IMG/VR virus record: IMGVR_UViG_3300032069_000867
Span: 1-58,278 of that record
Strand: one strand, 5' to 3'
From: a virus
Taxonomy: Duplodnaviria; Caudoviricetes
Length of the DNA: 58,278 nucleotides
Position numbers and translations under genes: made by a program. Positions 53,894-58,278 of this stretch are shown here, piece by piece. Position 1 is the stretch's first letter, and each line of letters begins with the position of its first letter. The notes under the pieces are model-generated. The model searched no databases, was not told the origin of the DNA, and was given only the letters and a program-made list of their open reading frames with translations.

Positions 53894-55078
53894 GTGGCGA
53901 GCCAACAGATTCTGCTATCAACAAAGTGCTGCAAGATCGCAGGCGGCGCGAACGCCAACAGCAACTATGGCAACATCACGCCCGGAGGGGTGCACTACAA
54001 CTCGGCCAGCGCGAACTGGACTAAGCGTCATCTGGTCGAGTTCGACCTTACGCAGCTCATCCCACAGCAGGCGTCCCAGATCGTCCAGGCGCGCCTGCGC
54101 GTGAGCTTCGACGGATCTCTCAATAACCACAGCGACGCGGCCTTCAACATCGCCTGCCATCGCCTCACCGCCGCGTGGGTCGAGGCGCAGGTCACCTGGA
54201 ACAACCGGCAGACTGGTACACCCTGGGGGACAGCAGGCGGCGACTTCGCCTCGCCCGCGCTGATCACCGTCTCCAGCCCTGACAATCCGAGCGGCTGGGG
54301 AACCGACTACTTCGACATCACCCAGTTGCTCAAGGACTGGCTGAACGGCACGTACCCGAACTCCGGGATCATCCTGAAGTGTGAGACTGAGAGCGGTTCC
54401 ATCAACACGTGGAGTTACTACGAGACCGACGATCAGGCCAGTGACACTTACAAGCCTGCCCTGGTGGTTGACTACGTCGCTCCGCCGACGGCTCCCTCCG
54501 GTCTCTCGGCAGCGCCCAACGGCGCGAACCGGATCGACCTCGCCTGGACTGACAACTCCAATAACGAAAGCGGCTTCAAGATACAGCGCAAACTCGGGGC
54601 AGGCGGCACCTGGAGCCAGATAGACACGGTCGGCGCGAATGTCACCACCTACACGGACACGGCGGTTGTCGGCAACGCGACCTACTACTACCGGGTCTGC
54701 GCCTACAACGCGGACGGCGATTCGAGTTGGAGCAATGAGGCCAGCGCCACCGCGATCCAGGCTGCGCCTACCGGCCTCTCGGCCACGCCGTCGGCCTCGA
54801 CGGTCAACCTGGTGTGGACCGACAATGCCACGGACGAAACCGGCTACAAGGTGGAGCGGAAACCGGAAGGCGGGGCCTATTCCCAGATAGGCACGGCCGG
54901 GCAGAACGCCACTTCCTACGCGGACGAGGGCGTGTCGCCTGGCACTTACTACTACCGCGTCAGTGCCTACAACGACTACGGCAACAGCGCCTACAGCAAC
55001 GAGGCGAGCGCGACCGTTCAGGCCTTGGCTGACAACCTGGCGGACATCACGACGCTGATCCGAAGACGAAGGAGATAA
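53894..55078 (+). CDS. DNRLRE-like domain plus two fibronectin III repeats
   Basis: LVEFDL...WVEAQVTWNN...W...GGD...FDIT.L...W...N.GI; two WTDN..NE/DE.G...YYYRV.AYN repeats. Confidence 0.88.
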   Translation: MASQQILLSTKCCKIAGGANANSNYGNITPGGVHYNSASANWTKRHLVEFDLTQLIPQQASQIVQARLRVSFDGSLNNHSDAAFNIACHRLTAAWVEAQVTWNNRQTGTPWGTAGGDFASPALITVSSPDNPSGWGTDYFDITQLLKDWLNGTYPNSGIILKCETESGSINTWSYYETDDQASDTYKPALVVDYVAPPTAPSGLSAAPNGANRIDLAWTDNSNNESGFKIQRKLGAGGTWSQIDTVGANVTTYTDTAVVGNATYYYRVCAYNADGDSSWSNEASATAIQAAPTGLSATPSASTVNLVWTDNATDETGYKVERKPEGGAYSQIGTAGQNATSYADEGVSPGTYYYRVSAYNDYGNSAYSNEASATVQALADNLADITTLIRRRRR

Positions 55079-55083
55079 CGCAT

Positions 55084-55422
55084 ATGCCTACCTATCACGA
55101 GAGCGTCACAAAGAACGGAGTCTCCCAGGCGGCGCTGGAGGTCATCCTTCCGCCGCGCGACCTGGGCGAGTATCCCATGAAGACCGTGACCTTCAGCAAC
55201 GCGGCCGGCGGAGCAGCCCTGGCGGACGCGAAGATCGAAATCGGCCCGACGGCGAGCGGCCCCTGGTTCGCGGAAGACCTGACGGGAACGGGGATTCCTA
55301 CCCTCGCGGCCGGAGCGAGCGCGGCGTATCGCATGACAAAGGTTGATCGCTGGCTGCGCACGCAGGCGAAAGCGGCGGGAGCTAACTGCAATCTCACCGT
55401 CTACCTGGACGCTGTGGGGTAG
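55084..55422 (+). CDS. Small hypothetical virion-type protein
   Basis: AGGAG RBS; beta-rich 112 aa. Confidence 0.65.
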   Translation: MPTYHESVTKNGVSQAALEVILPPRDLGEYPMKTVTFSNAAGGAALADAKIEIGPTASGPWFAEDLTGTGIPTLAAGASAAYRMTKVDRWLRTQAKAAGANCNLTVYLDAVG

Positions 55423-55426
55423 AGCG

Positions 55427-55669
55427 ATGGTTGAGTACCTGAAATACGGCGCGACGGGCCTGGTGGCGGTCATCATCCTGGCGGTGATGGTGCCGATCAT
55501 CCGCGCCTTCATCGAGGAACTCAAGGAGAGCCGCCGCGAACGTCAGGAGATGAGAAAAGAACACAACGACTTCGTGGTCAACCATGCCCGCCATACCACC
55601 GAGGCGCTGTTGCAGGTGAAGGACGGCCTCGAGCAGGTGTGCCGGCGACTGAATGGAGAGAAGGAATGA
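55427..55669 (+). CDS. Holin-like protein (one TM + coiled coil)
   Basis: N-terminal TM; ATGA overlap with peptidase. Confidence 0.65.
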   Translation: MVEYLKYGATGLVAVIILAVMVPIIRAFIEELKESRRERQEMRKEHNDFVVNHARHTTEALLQVKDGLEQVCRRLNGEKE

Positions 55670-56142
55670 AGCCCTGGAAACCGACGAAAGCAGCCCACCT
55701 GCTGGTGCTTGCCTTGAAGGAAGTCGGCAAGCTATATGTCCTTGGGAGCGAAGGGTCGCCAGAGGAGTCGCTCAAGACCTGGGACTGCTCCGAACTGGTT
55801 CAGCATCTGCTTGCCCAGGTTGGCGTGGAGCAGGTGACGGATTCAGGGGGGCGAGTCACTCCCATCGCCGCCTTCGACGGCGCGGGATTTCAGTGGGAGA
55901 GGACGCGCTCGATTCCGTTTGAGGCTGGCGTGAAACTCCCTGGCGCTCTGCTCTTCATACAGTCGGTCTCTGCCTACCCGCGCAAGCCCCACCAGGTCGG
56001 ACACGTGGCGATCTCGTTGGGCAACGGCTACCTGTTGGAGGCACGCGGCCGCGCTTATGGAGTGACCATCGGGCCGGTGCGTCCGTCCTTCAACCTCGCA
56101 TGCAAGGTAAGAGAGCTGTACGCCCCGGCGTTGCTGGGGTGA
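55666..56142 (+). CDS. NlpC/P60 peptidase (endolysin)
   Basis: VGKLYVLG, WDCSELV, PGALLF, GHVAI. Confidence 0.88.
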   Translation: MKPWKPTKAAHLLVLALKEVGKLYVLGSEGSPEESLKTWDCSELVQHLLAQVGVEQVTDSGGRVTPIAAFDGAGFQWERTRSIPFEAGVKLPGALLFIQSVSAYPRKPHQVGHVAISLGNGYLLEARGRAYGVTIGPVRPSFNLACKVRELYAPALLG

Positions 56143-56163
56143 CAAGCGCCGACAAGAAAGGAG

Positions 56164-56415
56164 GTGATCAAGTTGTGGACATGGATGAAGTACCTGTATC
56201 TGGCGATCAGGTTGGGCACGCTGTTCGAGAACCTGAAGGTGGTTCGCGCAAGCGACCCCGCAGTCACCAGCGAGTCCTACCAGCCGGCCTCGGCCGCCAT
56301 CCTGGATGACCCCGGGGTGCAGCGGTGGCTGGGCCGGCTCTCGCCGGAGGAGCAGGCGCGCTTCACCGAGGGCCTGCCGACTTTCGTTTGGGGACTGGAC
56401 GCGCTCACCGAGTAG
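56164..56415 (+). CDS. Small hypothetical lysis-region protein
   Basis: AAGGAGGT RBS favours a start near 56173. Confidence 0.6.
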   Translation: MIKLWTWMKYLYLAIRLGTLFENLKVVRASDPAVTSESYQPASAAILDDPGVQRWLGRLSPEEQARFTEGLPTFVWGLDALTE

Positions 56416-56442
56416 GGCAGCCGCGGCAGAATCAGGAGGACA

Positions 56443-56476
56443 GGCCCCGCTCAGCCGCGGCGGGGTCTTTCTTTCT
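56443..56476 (+). terminator. Terminator of the late operon
   Basis: GGCCCCGCT-cagccgc-GGCGGGGTC then TTTCTTTCT. Confidence 0.75.
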
Positions 56477-56575
56477 GCCTCACACCCCGCAGAAACCACT
56501 CATTCCGGCCTTGACTTCCCTGCGGAAGCAGGCATGAATGTAATGGCAAACAGGTGTGTGATAGCGAGGCAGAAG

Positions 56576-57532
56576 ATGGCGCAGACGCAGATAGAGAGCA
56601 GCAAGGCAGAGACCTACCGGTGGGGTTGTGAGATCGAGTGCTTCCTGCCCGACCAGGCGATCAGGGAGCTGGGCATCAGCATCGGCTCCTACCACCACGG
56701 TCACCCACTGCCCTCGCCCTTCCCGCAGGGCTGGACGGCGGAGCGGGACGGCAGCCTCCGCAGCGACCGCAGGGGCTACGTCCCCGTCGAGGTAGTGAGC
56801 CCGATACTCCAGGGGCGGGCCGGAATCGAGCAGGTCAAGCAGGTGGCGCAGACGCTCAAGGGCCTGGGGGCAGTCGTGAATACCACAGCGGGGCTCCACG
56901 TGCACTGCTCGGCCGAGGCCGTCGCCGGCGACGGCTTCGCAAAGGTCGCCGAGTGGGTCGCCAAGCTCCTCTACCACGTGGCGATGCATGAGACCGCGCT
57001 CTACGCCTCGACCGGAACGCATCGCAGGGAGAACGGCGGCTACGCCCGCAGCATCAAGGCGCAGAAGAACGCAGCCGACAGGGTGCGCCGCGCTCCTGAT
57101 ACGCGCAAGCGCGAAGCCCTCCAGGATGCGGTCTACGGACTCGCTCGCTACCACACGCTGAACCTCACCAACTTGTTCACTCGCAAGGCCACGGTCGAGT
57201 TCCGCCACGGTGCCGGGACGGTCGAGTGGACGAAGATGGTGGCCCACATCCAAATGGCGCTCGCCCTCTGCGAGCGGGCCACCGAGACCGCAAAGATGGA
57301 CTGGGATGCCCTCGCCAGTGAGCGCACCTACCAGGTGAGGGGCAAGGGTCTGCGGGAACTCAACCGGTTCTTCTACCTCGCGGGCTGGACTCTGGGCCGC
57401 CGAGATGTGGGCAAGCCCCAGGTCGAGATGGCTGGATGGATTGCCGACCTGGCGGACCTGAAGGTGGTGAAACGAGAGCTCAAGCGTTTAGCGCGCAAGT
57501 ATGATTCCACGGCGCGAGAGGGAGCCGCCTGA
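56576..57532 (+). CDS. Amidoligase (COOH-NH2 ligase type 2)
   Basis: WGCEIE, DGSL, EVVSPIL, AGLHVH, RYHTLNL, TVEFRH. Confidence 0.92.
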   Translation: MAQTQIESSKAETYRWGCEIECFLPDQAIRELGISIGSYHHGHPLPSPFPQGWTAERDGSLRSDRRGYVPVEVVSPILQGRAGIEQVKQVAQTLKGLGAVVNTTAGLHVHCSAEAVAGDGFAKVAEWVAKLLYHVAMHETALYASTGTHRRENGGYARSIKAQKNAADRVRRAPDTRKREALQDAVYGLARYHTLNLTNLFTRKATVEFRHGAGTVEWTKMVAHIQMALALCERATETAKMDWDALASERTYQVRGKGLRELNRFFYLAGWTLGRRDVGKPQVEMAGWIADLADLKVVKRELKRLARKYDSTAREGAA

Positions 57533-58278
57533 TGTGCGGGGTCCTCGGCTGGATTGGCAACCCGAAGCACTGGCGCGATTCCCACCGGCTCATGGTGGAA
57601 CTCGCAATTGCCTCCGAGGAGCGAGGGACAGATGCGGCGGGCTATGCCGTGCTCACCGCGAGCGGCGAGTTGCTCTGGCAGCAGCAACCAGGGCCGGCGC
57701 GACTGCTCTTCCGGGACAAAGAGTTCGCGGCGCTTCGGCGGAGGAACGTGGTCATGGCGATCGGCCACACCCGCCTCGCCACCACGGGCGCGCCGGCAGT
57801 CAACGGGAATAACCACCCACACCTGGCAGGCAACCTTGTCGGCGGCAGGCCAGCGTGGGCACTCGTCCACAATGGATTCATACCCCTGCACGAACACAAG
57901 GCGGCCGCGCTCGGCGTGCGCCTCGAGTCCCAGTGCGACTCGGAAATCTTGGCGCAGGTTCTTGACCGATACGGCGAGACGGAAGGGCCGGAGACCTGCC
58001 TGGCGCTCGGCGGGAAGCAATCGGTTCTCGCCATCAACGTCGCCTCCAGAACGATGCTTGCCTGGACGAACGGCGAGATGCCGCTGGTCGCGTTCCGTAT
58101 CGACGGGCTGACCGGAACCTGGTGGGCCTCCACCGCGGCCATCGCGCGACGTGCACTGGAGCGGCTCGGCCTCACCGCCCGCTTCGCCAAGCCCGTACCC
58201 CGGGTGGTGTATCGCCTGGAGTTGGCGGACGGCGAGGTGACGATGACTCAACGGAAGTTGGAGACGCAAATCGGATGA
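57532..58278 (+). CDS. Class II glutamine amidotransferase
   Basis: MCG N-terminus, RGTDAAG, GHTRLATTG, NNHP, HNG, DSE. Confidence 0.93.
   Translation: MCGVLGWIGNPKHWRDSHRLMVELAIASEERGTDAAGYAVLTASGELLWQQQPGPARLLFRDKEFAALRRRNVVMAIGHTRLATTGAPAVNGNNHPHLAGNLVGGRPAWALVHNGFIPLHEHKAAALGVRLESQCDSEILAQVLDRYGETEGPETCLALGGKQSVLAINVASRTMLAWTNGEMPLVAFRIDGLTGTWWASTAAIARRALERLGLTARFAKPVPRVVYRLELADGEVTMTQRKLETQIG

Larger units (their letters stand above)
1..58278 (+). mobile_element. Temperate siphovirus-like prophage / integrative phage (ends not visible)
   Basis: Co-oriented integration, regulation, replication, packaging, head, tail (tape measure, no sheath) and lysis modules fill the window; no host housekeeping genes recognised. 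Confidence 0.93.

Noticed and set aside
51488-55078. Diversity-generating retroelement or invertible tail-fibre cassette
   Set aside because: No reverse transcriptase, template/variable repeat pair or invertase seen.
56511-56544. Canonical sigma70 promoter for the amidoligase
   Set aside because: Good -35 (TTGACT) but no convincing -10 at 16-18 nt.
57822-57853. Possible in-frame repeat insertion in the amidotransferase (NLVGGRPA)
   Set aside because: Single weak hairpin; cannot confirm an indel without homologs.

Overview
The whole 58.3-kb window is one GC-rich temperate siphovirus-like prophage or integrative phage. All convincing genes are on the + strand except one toxin-antitoxin pair. 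Order: DUF2924 + large serine recombinase integration module; LexA-type repressor, an unknown 399-aa protein and a winged-helix regulator; a small protein plus structured leader RNA and a phage sigma factor; recombination/replication genes (PD-(D/E)XK nuclease, AAA_24, DUF669, ERCC4, RecD2, AEP primase-helicase with an iteron cluster, putative annealase, SbcD/SbcC); three DNA methyltransferases with ParB-like and nucleotide-modification genes; terminase; an inserted AbiE-type defence cassette with a TIM-barrel third gene; SPP1-like head genes; tail genes with a -1 frameshift chaperone; a lipoprotein and RelE/Phd moron; lysis genes; and an amidoligase + glutamine amidotransferase pair. The most striking unexplained signal is a leader-RNA motif present three times (6268, 32764, 36925). 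It shows compensatory base changes, and its small stem-loop is mutually exclusive with a downstream terminator-type hairpin. Two small DUF2292-like proteins are positioned as candidate antiterminators. Together with a repeated 30-bp candidate phage-sigma promoter and 11-bp phased repeats, this suggests a multi-tier regulatory cascade. Also notable: a MuF-type head protein fused to a DUF2924-like domain and an HExxH protease, and REP-like hairpins inserted in frame in genes. Family names come from motif recognition by eye, not database searches. No att sites, tRNA, rRNA or CRISPR were seen.
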